Below, piece by piece: positions 26,382 to 37,600 of a DNA stretch of 64,000 nucleotides; position 1 is the stretch's first letter, and the number at the start of each line of letters is the position of its first letter. The notes beneath the pieces are model-generated. The model worked only from the letters and a program-made list of their open reading frames with translations. It was not told where the DNA came from and made no database searches. This DNA comes from Amphiscolops sp. MND2022 (lineage: Eukaryota), in the NCBI GenBank assembly GCA_964187785.1, contig OZ076409.1:44332001-44396000 (forward strand), in the 5' to 3' direction. The position numbers were made by a program, and so were the translations under genes.

Positions 26382-27080
26382 AACAAGACGGGAACGTTTC
26401 AAGTCGGCGCTATACCTAAGGTTCAAAAAGCGCAAAGTTTTTGAATTATGCTCAGGACGTTATGAAAAACTCACAAAAAGTTCCGAAACACAGAAAAGGT
26501 GCCTTTCGTGCTCGGAAAACGCTTCAGAAGTTCGCATATTGCGAGCGGGAACAAATGGGAGCGCTTGTTTTCGAACCTCAGCCTCCTCCTTGGTAAACGC
26601 AATATAGTTCGGATATAACGTCAAAAATTCGGATATAGCGCTTTATTTCGGATAGTGTTGAAAAAAATGATATATCGACAAAACCTAATATCAGACGAAA
26701 AATAAGAATTTTGAACCGTCTCATTGTGTCAAAAATATAAAAGGGGGGACCCTATAGGATTTTTTGAGCATCCATTCTGTTGCAAAATATCAAAAAAGTG
26801 AAGAGAGGACCTTTGGGAGACATTGAAAAATTTTGGCAAAAAAGTCTCACAGTACCGAAATAAAATCAAAAGGGGGACCCTTTTAGTCTCGTCCGGTTTT
26901 TTATGTTACGTTAAAAAAGTAAAAAATGACAAGGAGACCCTAAGCAAAAACTTAGATGCGTTTCCCAGGTATTTCTTTAGCTGAACAAACAGCAAAAATT
27001 TCATCACATTCGAGTCTGTCTCAAAGAGAAAAACGAGTGACTAATAGTCGGGCTTTTTTCCTAAAAATGCCGACTAAAAA
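26382..27080 (-). mobile_element. HINE H1-related copy 75 bp upstream of the FNTA ATG
   Basis: aacaagacgggaacgtttcaagtcggcgc ... atagtcggg...gccgactaaaaa. Confidence 0.75.
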
Positions 27081-28214
27081 CATCCAATAAGAAGGAAAAT
27101 TTTGCGTATTGTATCCGTATTTTACGCAAAAAGAAATATTCACAAAAAAGAACATTTAACGTAAGAAGGAAAAGTGTATTCAAATAGAGGATCCAAACTA
27201 TGATCAAACATTTTGATCAAATGAAATTCAAGGTTTTATCCATGTTCAATGTGCATCCTACATTAATAGAAAATCTTCCAAAAACCAAAACTGGAATTTT
27301 AATTAGGCTAACCGAAAAAGCTGGAGAATGTTTTAAACAATGGACGGTAAGCGTGATGTATTTTAAATTCCCAGCAGTTTATATTCCAACGAAAAAGATT
27401 GACGAGTAATAATTATTTGAAGGAAGTTTTCAAACGAAGCATGCGGTGACCGCAATCCAGGCTTTCGTGAACATCTGTTACATTGCGAAAATTCGGTTCA
27501 TCAAATTGCCCTTCATCCCTTAGATATTATAGACTCCAAAGAAATACACTGCTCAAATTCTCTTCACAACAATTGTAGATGAAATAATGTTTGTTATTGT
27601 AGATGAATAATGTAGATGAAATAATGAAACAAAGTTTTGCCAACATTTTTGTGAATCGAACATCTTATTGAGGACTTAACATGTAATTGTTACGTAACTT
27701 TGATTGACTATTCATAATTTTATTCAATATTTTCAAAAAAACTGAGCCGTCATTCGAAATAAGTTTTTTGCTAGTAGCAGCGAAGAAAAATTGAAATCAA
27801 TTCTTCAGGCCAAAGAACTCTTGAAGCGTTTTTGATCCGCCTTTCTTTAAGAAGCTTAAGGATATCGTTCGCATCGAAAAAATTTCAACATATTTGACAG
27901 ACTGTGCTTTTTGGAGCTAGAGTGAGGAGCCGACTTGTGACGTTCCAGTCATGTTCTTTCACCCCAATTTATATCGGAACCTCTCTAAAAATCTATTTAA
28001 AAAATCTGCATACTCTACAGTACTGCTATCAAAAGTAAAAGCAAATATAAAAATCGAATAATTCAAAAACGGTAGAAACTCAGAAATTTGTTTTAAATAT
28101 AATTTGTCTTTCGAAAAAAACTGCTATAGTTTCAAAAGACCATTTCAGCCTAGTTAATTGAAAATTAGAAACGTGAATTAGACATCGGTGTAAAATCGGT
28201 AATCAAGAGAAAGA

Positions 28215-29372
28215 AAACGGGAACGTCTCAAATCGGCGTTCGCCTCGTTCAAGGCTCAAAGAGCGCAAAGCTTTTAAAGGGTTTTTCAGGGATTTTCTAA
28301 AGTAAAATCTCACAAATATAAGAGTGCCGGAAATAACAAAAGGGAGTCTTCTGAGCTCGGAAAACGCTTTTCTCTAACTAAAAACAAGTCGCACAATACC
28401 GAAAAAAAACAACAGGGGACCCTTTGGTCTCAAATAGTTTCGCAGATACGGTAAACACTATGAAAAACTCAAAGGGAGTACCTTTTAGCTTCATCGGGTA
28501 CCCTTTAGAACTTACACGTAAGGTCTACAAAAGGGGACCATTCAAAGTGAGGTTGGTGGTCTGACGGAAAAAACTTCTGACGGAAAAAGCAGAAAGTACA
28601 TTTTTCAAAAAGAGAACGCAGGTCCTGAACTCATATGCTCATACGTGTATTTCAATACACCGACATGGAATGTTAGCAATGCGTTCATCGCATTGGCTCA
28701 GAAGAGCTACCGAATTCTAAAACAAACACAGCTAGTGATGTACATCTGTACATGGTTGCTACATACTTGAAGCTAGTCATGCATAGCTAATTCAACATGA
28801 ACAACGGTGTCGTAGCAACCATGACCTCATCGTTTCGCGGCGATTAGGGTCATCGCCCGCGTTGCGCATGGGCCGGCGCCTCCGGAGCAAGTGAAAACTA
28901 ACGAAAAGGAGCGTTTGAAGTCGGCGCCCAGCTTAAGGCTCAAAAACTCAAAAATGCAAAGGCTGGCTTTTGAAAAAGGTCGCAACATTCAGAGTGGCAA
29001 AAATATCTGACCGGGCGACCTGCGGCCTCGAAAAACACTTCTTCTATTGGAAACATCAAAAATACCCGAAATTATGAATTCGTCGAAAGTCGCACAGTTC
29101 CAAATAACCCACAGACATACCGAAGAAGGAACCTTTTGGTAAAATGAAGGTCACACCGTGACAAAAACCCAAGGGAAGACCCTTTAAAACTTCAAGGGTT
29201 TGAAACAAAAATATTTAGTCTTAGGCCGACATCGAACCGGCAGCCGCCTTCTTGGGAAGCGCGCATGGCTGCTAGGGTTTAAAAACTGTTGGAAACTGTT
29301 GAGGTCTTACGGAAAATAGAAACTGGCCACTGTAATAGTCGAGCCCATTTTATAAAATGCGCTGACTAAAAA
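28215..29372 (-). mobile_element. Two diverged HINE-like copies (heads at ~28215 and ~28900)
   Basis: ...tcggcg...aaggctcaaa heads; taatagtcgagc...gcgctgactaaaaa tail. Confidence 0.55.
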
Positions 29373-29778
29373 CCGTAGTGTTTTCCACTTCAAGAATTCT
29401 GACCTTGTATTTCAGTTTCATCAACTGCTCATAATAGCCGCAGGAACCTTCCAGATCTTTTAACCAACAAAACTGGTTTCACTGAACCGCGTTCCCCGGA
29501 GATATTCTCTTTCTTACCTAATCAGTAGTTTTGTTTATTTTCAAGAAGGACTCGCCTGGTAACATCTGAAGAATTGGCTCCAATTCAGCATCGTAACAAA
29601 ATTTGTTCAAAAGCATGACAAATTTTTATCCTCTAATTTTATATCCTCTGTGGGTGTAGCCACTTTGTGGGCTATGCAGGTGTTATCGTATATTCTCCTA
29701 TACAAGAAGCAATGCCAGGGTGACAACACTACATCAAATGGTTTTCCATGACATTTTACCTTTCTTGACTATGTAAAA

Positions 29779-30871
29779 TCACAAAAAAGTGATTTTGCAG
29801 TCGAAGTAGGCGTATGTAAAGTAAGCTTTTACTTTATTGCAATCAAAGTAAGCGTATGAAGCCAAGTGCAAGTTCACTAGGATTTGCCAATCTTGAAGCT
29901 CTGCTGCTTTTGCCTCGGCTTGCTTCGTTTTGGCAGACAGGCGGAACGCATTTGACTCTGCCAACACGTTCAAGCCGTAGATGTTGGGACTCGCTGGTCA
30001 GTCTTTTGATTCTGGAGAATACGGTCGCGATTTTTTCGCCCTTTTCTCTTTACTTCAATCTTTTCCTCCTCTGCGCTGCTCTTTTGGTCTTTCTCGTATC
30101 CAGTTCTTGTACCACGCACAGATAGTAAAATTACGAAGACCCCGACAATGTTTCAATCCATCCTTGCAGCGAAGCAGGGCTACCAGGGTTGACAGGTTTT
30201 GATTATCTTCAATGAGCTCTTGTTGAAAGAAAACCCCCCTCAACATTTGCAGTGCCATGAGAAATCAATAAAGATTTCTTTACGACAACCAGCAGATCCT
30301 TTTGCTTTGAAACGTCAACTAAGTTCACAAAAAGGTGGTCCGCTAGGTCCTCACTTTCGTTGAAACTCGAAAACGCTTCAATATTTACTGAACTGCTTAG
30401 CATTTCCCGATATTGAAAAATTGCCTTATCTGCCGTGTCCTAGTCAATCTGATATTTGTCACAAATACTGCATTAATATTATGGTTTTGGTTCTTGAACA
30501 GTTGTACCAACTCGAAATTTGACTGTCGTAAAACATGCATTTGAATAAAGGAGCAATTTCCTCGGTTTTTCGGAATGACGAATTACTCTCAACCACAAGA
30601 AGCGAATAAAGAATTTCGCCGGAGCGGGTATCGTATTGACCACCGTGGTTTGAGGAATTGGGGCTTAAGTTTCTATCCTCACTTCATTACTGGGTATCGA
30701 TTGCACTTGATTAGTTGCACTTGAAGCCTCATCTTTCTTAGTTTGCAGCCACAACTTGAAACTCTCCTCATTCTTCTCATTGTTCTTGGTATGAGATCCT
30801 AACTGACACATACATATCTTATAGAACATGTAATGCATAGCACATGTCACACGTGTAAAATTATAGTTCAA
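29779..30871 (-). pseudogene. Internally deleted hAT-like DNA transposase remnant
   Basis: N-terminal block EILYSLLVVESNSSFRKTEEIAPLFKCMFYDSQISSWYNCSRTKT (~30617-30483) directly abuts the C-terminal block DKAIFQY...DHLF...VVKKSLLISHGTANVEGGF, which resembles the hAT dimerisation-region motif SHG.A.VERGFS. Confidence 0.75.
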
Positions 30872-31320
30872 ATTAAGATCACCTACACTACAGCGGATCG
30901 GCCCATGTTCGACGTGTAACTCTTGCGAAACGAATTGTTGTTGGCAGCTTGAGAAATTTAAATATCACGCTCATACTCACTGCCGGGCAAAATATCTGAA
31001 TTTTTCAGTAGGCACTCGTAATCACAAAAATTGAACTAAAAAAAGTTCAATAATTCAGATTTCAATATTCCTGTTATCGCAGAAAGAAAAAAATGCTAAA
31101 TAAAAAGCCGCAAGCGGTTTTTTTGCAAAATTTCGAACCACCAATATGGTACGCCAAAGATCAGCGTAACATTTTTGGGGGTTAACGTTTTGTGCATGCA
31201 CTAAAAGGTCACCCTTTGCTTCAACTTCAGATTTAGCAAGGTCCAGAAGTTTCCAAAATCGCCCTCTGCGCGGGAAATTAGTATTTGTTTTAGTCTACAA
31301 TAACCATTAACTACAACAAT

Positions 31321-31985
31321 AACAAGCCCGGAACGGCCCAAGTCGGCGCCTCGCTCAAACCACAAAAGTGTATCCGGGGACGTGGATTTAGTAACACTTC
31401 TGAATGAAGATTTTTAGGAAATCGAAAAGTCTTGTAGTACTGAAAACGTAACCGTAAAGCATTACATTGGACGCAAATTATGTGAAATTTTGGGGAAAAA
31501 AATCTATAACGTTATACTAGAAAAGCAAACGTTATATTCGAACTTTGAAAACGTTTCATCCCAATTTAAGTACGTGTTAGATGTTATGAGATACTTTTCA
31601 CTTAGCACTTTTCACTTTTACATCCGGTTTGCGTTAAATCCGGCACGGATCTTGTTCTTATATCCGTTATACGTTATATCAGGCAGGTTTGCGTCAGAAA
31701 AAATCCAAAAGGGGGACCCTTTTATCACATTGAAAAATTCTGCAAGAAACGTTATATCCGGTATACGTTATATCCGGAATTAGTTTCTATCCGGTTTGCA
31801 TTAAATCCGGTATGGGTTGTGTTATTGTCGAAGGGGACTCCTCAGCATCTTATACAGCTTTTAAGAATTCCCCAAGGAACGTTATATCCGGTATACGTTA
31901 CAGCTTATAAAAATCTGTCACTTCGTTGGTCTTAAAAAAAGCCACTACTATAGTCGTCTCTTTTTACAAAAGCGCCGACTAAAAA
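31321..31985 (-). mobile_element. HINE H1-related copy with internal CGTTATATCCGG repeats
   Basis: aacaagcccggaacggcccaagtcggcgcc head; agcgccgactaaaaa tail. Confidence 0.75.
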
Positions 31986-32053
31986 CATCTGAAATAACTA
32001 TACACTCCTGTTTATTCATTATATAGCGCACGGGTATTCACTGTAACAGTTCA

Positions 32054-32546
32054 GGGAAATGGTCATTTCGCCTAAAGTCATTTCGCCTAACGTGTTTGGT
32101 CACTTCGCCTAATTTTTTTAGGCGAAACGTCTTTTACTTTGGTCACTTCGCCTAATTTTTTTTCAGAAACGTGAAAAACACATGAAATTGGAAAACAAAT
32201 AGTGGAAAACAAATAGAAAACGTGCCTCGGATATGTCCCATTCCTTCTAGTGCCCCGCGGCCCCTTGGGGCCGCTTATGTTCCATCTTGCTAAGCGAGGT
32301 CGAACAGGAGCAAAGACCTAGCGGGAACGGAGATCGCGAAGCGATCGTAGTGGGAGCTGGTCTTTGCGACGGTGAGGGCGAGTGTGCATACACCGCATAT
32401 GCCCCACATTTTGATATTTTCGCTTTCAGAAAGCCTTTTTCGAAACATGATTATTTAGACGTTATTCCCGTTTGGTAATTTTCTTAGGCGAAATGACTCA
32501 ACTAAATTTTTAGGCGAAATGGCATTAGGCGAAATGACCTGCATTC
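32054..32546. mobile_element. MITE/foldback element with repeated GGTCATTTCGCCTAA subterminal motifs, inserted in another repeat
   Basis: Left end ggtcatttcgcctaa-type motifs (x4), right end ttaggcgaaatg (x3). The flanks join to match the uninterrupted repeat at ~33679-33760. Degenerate candidate TSD acagttca/acggttcg. Confidence 0.7.
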
Positions 32547-33678
32547 ACGGTTCGCACCAATTTGATTCTTCTCGGACTTAAAATACAACTACTGAGCGTA
32601 TATGACGTTTGCTTCATCTCAATGAACTTGGCGAACGAATGACTAATTAAGGCTCATTCGCTTCATCGCACGAGAATTAACTATATTAGCTAGCTATAGG
32701 CTGGGAGTAGCTAATCAAAATTGGCGAACAAATTCGGTCGACAAATAGGTCCTGGAAAATTACATTTGCAACTTCCATAATATTTCATTTTCCTATAACA
32801 TTTCAGCTTTCGCAGAATTTAAATTTCTCGGTATGAATGGAATCTGGATGCCATCTTTAAAACGCTCCTCCTCTTACCCTTATACCTTTTTCAAGACCAA
32901 ATTGCGGATGAAGCGTAATGCTTTGCCAGATTTTCTGGTGCAAGTTTGTCTCAGTAAAAAGCTTACTTTTAAATTAATTACAATTTACTTATTTTCACTT
33001 GTATTCTAAATATTGAATATTTTCAATGACTTGCTCCAACTAGAAATTCAGATTGAAAACTTCAAAACGAAACCACAGATATTGACTAGATCAGAATAGA
33101 AGAAATGTGAAATATCCATGAACTTTTAGATGGAGCATTTAATTGAATAAGAAACCAATTAAGAAAAATCTTCATCCGACATAACGTCAATATAATTACA
33201 AAATGAAAATACTGCAGATAAAATGAAATAGCTCAGGGATTGGGATAAGAAAACATTTTTTCCTTTTCTCTGCAAATCCTTTCTATATAGAAAAGTATTA
33301 GGAAGACAATTTCATGGAAATGGCGCTTGCTTCAGTCAAATTTCAAATAAATTTTCATTTTTATTCTTTCAATGGAAAAGGAAAAGTTCCAGAATTCACC
33401 ATACTCAATAAGATTGAAGTCGATTTGCGGAAAAATGACCAGATGACTCCAAAGTCTTGAAGAATTTTGATTTTTCACAGCTCGATTTTCGAGCTACGCA
33501 AAGAGATGAGTCCAACTAGTATCCATTTATTCGGAAATAATAATTATACTTCACTGGTTTAAGAGATTGACTAATTTATAAAATAGGCCCCTCCGGGGCT
33601 CAGTACTATTTCTGCTTTAATCTTTATTTTTTTAAAACAAAAAATCATTAATAAAAGAATCATATCTGGAATACCAAT

Positions 33679-33985
33679 ACACTCCTGTTTAATCATTACT
33701 TAGAGCACAATTAATCACTGTACAAGTTTACACCGCCTTTTATTCTTCTCGGACTAAAGAAAATATAACTAAGCGTAGACGAAGTTTCGCATTCGCATTT
33801 GAATGCAGGCGAAGCTCTCAACGAACGAATAATTAACACTCATTCGCTTCATCTCAATGACGTCAGCATACGAATGGATAATTACCACTCGCTCGTTCTA
33901 TCGCACTAGAATTGAATTGTTGTCGGCAGCTTTCCCACGCTTACACTCACTGCCGAACAAAATATCTGAATTATTCAGTAGGACG
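33679..33985. repeat. Dispersed repeat related to 32002-32700 and 30966-31011
   Basis: Shared acactcctgttta...ttcttctcggact and ctcactgccg..caaaatatctgaatt.ttcagtagg segments. Confidence 0.6.
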
Positions 33986-34629
33986 AAATTTGACGACTGA
34001 AAAAAAAAAGGACCAACTTTGAGGTTACAATAACATTCCTGCTAAAGCAGAAATATTAATAATATCGAAATATAACTCACGAAATTCGGCTAATGTTTCC
34101 CATAATAGCGTAAATGTTGCAATACGAGGTTGAACCGTTTTCTGATTCTCAACTCAGCAGCTTTAAAGAAAATGAACGATTACAGGGGAACATTAGCGAG
34201 CCAATAGAAACAAGATACATAAAATTATTCGACAATTATCATTATTATTGGATAAAGCATGACAATTCTACCACCAATAAATTGTTACTTTTTAAAATGA
34301 CATGATAGCAAAAAATAAAGTTCATACGTTGAATTGATAACAATCATATTTACAGTGAGAATAAAATGAGAGCAACGCACAATATTGCAAAGTCCAAAAT
34401 CTTATATCAACCAAAAAGACACTTGTCATTGTCAAATTTCAAAACACCTATTGCTTCTTTAACAATTATTAAAACCTCCAATTTGATTGTTTATAGCCAG
34501 TGTTTAATAATGCCGTTCAAATCTCAATAGAATTATTTAAAAACTTTCAGCTGGTTGGTTTCAGCGGAACAGCAAAAAAATCGGATGAAATTGTCGTCAA
34601 AACGATTGAGGGTAAATTTTTCATGATGG

Positions 34630-37600
34630 TCATCTGTTGTTGAACTTGAAATGAACATCTTGGGGAGAGGAGGGATTTTGGTGTAACGAATTGCTGAATG
34701 AAGATTGGTAAGCTAGAGAGGAAGCTGCCTGGTTGGCGGCTGAAGAGGATGATCGTCTGCTGTCGAGAACAGCGTTGATTAAACTGTCGCCACCGGTCAA
34801 CACTTTGCTAGCACTGCTGGCTGCTGTGGCGGCGGCGGTAGAAGAATGTTGATTGTTGTGGTGGTGCTGTGATAAAAACTGTTGCTGCTGCATCTGTCTG
34901 ATGGACGCGGCAGCTGCTGCCTGTGCATTCGAGGACAAACTTCCAGCTCCACTTCCGCCCATGATCGCTTCGTTAGTCAAGGCCTCGAGCTGGCTGGTGA
35001 CAGGTATGATACCGGCAGCTGCTGCAGCCGCCGCAAACTTCTCAAGGTCAATGCTGCCAGTTGAGGCACCGGCTGCCAGTCGAGAAGCAGTGTCAGCGGC
35101 GGCTGCTGCTGCCGAATGCTGGTTCATGTACAGGCTCAACTGGTCTGAGTGATCCAGCGATGAGGTGTGAGATGAAAACGAAGTTGACAGCTTTTGAAGG
35201 TAGCTTGAGTCTAGGGATGAAGGAGCCATGGTAGACAGGGAAGATAAGGCGTGCTGGTGAGGCGAGGCTTCTCTAGCGTGGTGTGATGCAGGCAGCTGGT
35301 AAGGAGGTACTGGCAGAAACATCTTCTGACTACTTGAAGTGCCGCCTCCACCACCACGGCCCGAAGATGCATGTGATAAAGATGCGCTGCTGGGTGAAGT
35401 AGATCGCAAAGAGTTGTCGTTCCTTTCCGAAGAAGAAATATTTGAAGATGCCGCCGATAAGTTCGAGTGGTGCATGTTTTCCATGTTGTTTTTCCTGTCA
35501 GGAGGCCGAGATTTTTCAATCAATAGTTGGTAGTGATACTTACACCTGAAAGTGTGGTCATCTAACTCGTACATGACGCCCTTCTCATGTTCTTGGCAGG
35601 TAGAGTGATCACATTGAGAGCAAATGTACACGGCTACTTTTGAGCAGATATCGCACACATGGAGTGGACATTCGAAGTTGGCAGTTGACAAAATGTTGCT
35701 GTTCAAACTTTGAGGAGACTGAAATTCTTCTGGTTTCAAACACTTCTTGTGGTAAAACTTGCCACAAAAAGTCCTTCCGCAAGATATCATTTCCGAAGCT
35801 ACCCCTGTAGTGCTGCATCGATAACAAATATCGACATTCTCTTTCTTTTCCTTCTTATGCCGTCTTTTCTTAGGCCGATCCCTGTCAATGTTGGAGGCTC
35901 CTTTCAAAGGTTTCATTCCAATGTATCCACTACACGAAGGCGAATTGCATTTACACTTCAGCTTTGAATTGCCTAAACAATCCATGTTGTAGTTGAAGGT
36001 AAGCTCAGTACCTGGACTAATATCTGCCAATGCGAATAGTCCTACCCTGATATCACCGTTAACCGTCCACTTTTGCGTTTCACAATTAGGGTCGCAAGAA
36101 TGATTCATGAACCGAGAAAAGTTACCCTTTGGTCCAGCATCGATGATACGTTCCTTATCCAGCACACAAAAGTAGAAATTTAAATCACCAATGTCATTCT
36201 GAAACTGCAAACGCTTTTGGCATTCATCAATGTCAATCAAGTCTCCACAATATTCGTTGACGAAATCACCTTTTTTAATCCAAGCCTTTGTTTTCAAACC
36301 GTATCCTCGACTAGATGTATATACAATTTCAAATCTTGGGTATTGCGCTTTCTGAAAACGTTGGTTGCTGCATCGCTCCCCAGCCCTGCAAACTTGTGGA
36401 TGGCATTCTACGCATAAGAGTCTATTCCAACAATCACTAGTAGGCCCACAAGGATCAGCATCAGTTGCTTTGCATTCACACGGAGTAATTTCCGTTATAT
36501 CAGCACTATACACCTGAACATTTCCGTACGGTGAGTTTTGATAAACGAGTTTATAAGTTGCAGGTGCTGGCGGCTCTGTGATATACTGGTTTTTTGGTTC
36601 TGTTAAAACCGTCAAAGGCTCCATATTCTTGACCTTCTGTTGTTGATAGCATTCAAAATCAGCTTTTATTGGCGAACAAGGAGGACTAATATTAGTTATT
36701 TTTGGGTTATGCTGAGCGCTGTTTTTCACATCTTTCCGGGGTAAAACTTTGACTTCAGAATGATGTGTCGATTTTCGCGGCTGAGGAAACGGTAGGTCTT
36801 TTGAAGACGCTAATTTTTGGGTAGCCTCGTCGAAAGAATGATTGACGGTCAAATCGGAATCGTGGATACTGCCATCAGAAAGAGGTATCTGTGCCATTAG
36901 AGCAGCAGCTGCGGCAACTAATTGCTGCTGCTGCTTCTTTCCAGATCCCTTGGGTCTTCCTTTGGCCCTCTTCATAGGCGATGCCGAATGACTCGGGGAA
37001 GTCTTGAAAAAATTAGCACCCTGGGCTCGGGGTTTGACTCCTGGCTTACGCGTTGGCTTCGGAGGTACTGTTGGCGAGGAACCTGCAATAGCCAGAAGCG
37101 GTGTATTGCTGCGGGAAGCGGGGGTACTCGGCTGATTAAGCAGTGGCAAACCTGTAGAATCGACGTCTCTTTTGTTGGTAGACACGGACGACTCATCGTT
37201 TGTATTTTCTGATTCATGCAGCTCTGGCGGTTTCAGCAAATCCGCTGCCTTTGTGGCCTTAGTCCCTACAAGGTCGCTGAATACAGGCAAAGCGGATTGT
37301 TTTGCGAACTTTTTTCTTTTGATCAAAATTTCACTGGCCTTTTCGAGAGCCTGTTGAAAGTTTCTAGGGTACTGTTTCTCTCCTGGTTCATGGAAATTCT
37401 TATCATTTTCATGGAAGAGAAAAGTTCTTCCTATGTGCACCCAGTGGAATTCTTTAGTTGCAAATAACTGAACAATGAACTCCCCCACTTGATGAGGTTC
37501 TTCCATAGACTTCTGAGGTATCATTCGAGGGAATATCACTTCTGCAGGCCACCAACGATAATTCTGCACTTTTACCCAAAGTATATCGCCGTATCTAGGT

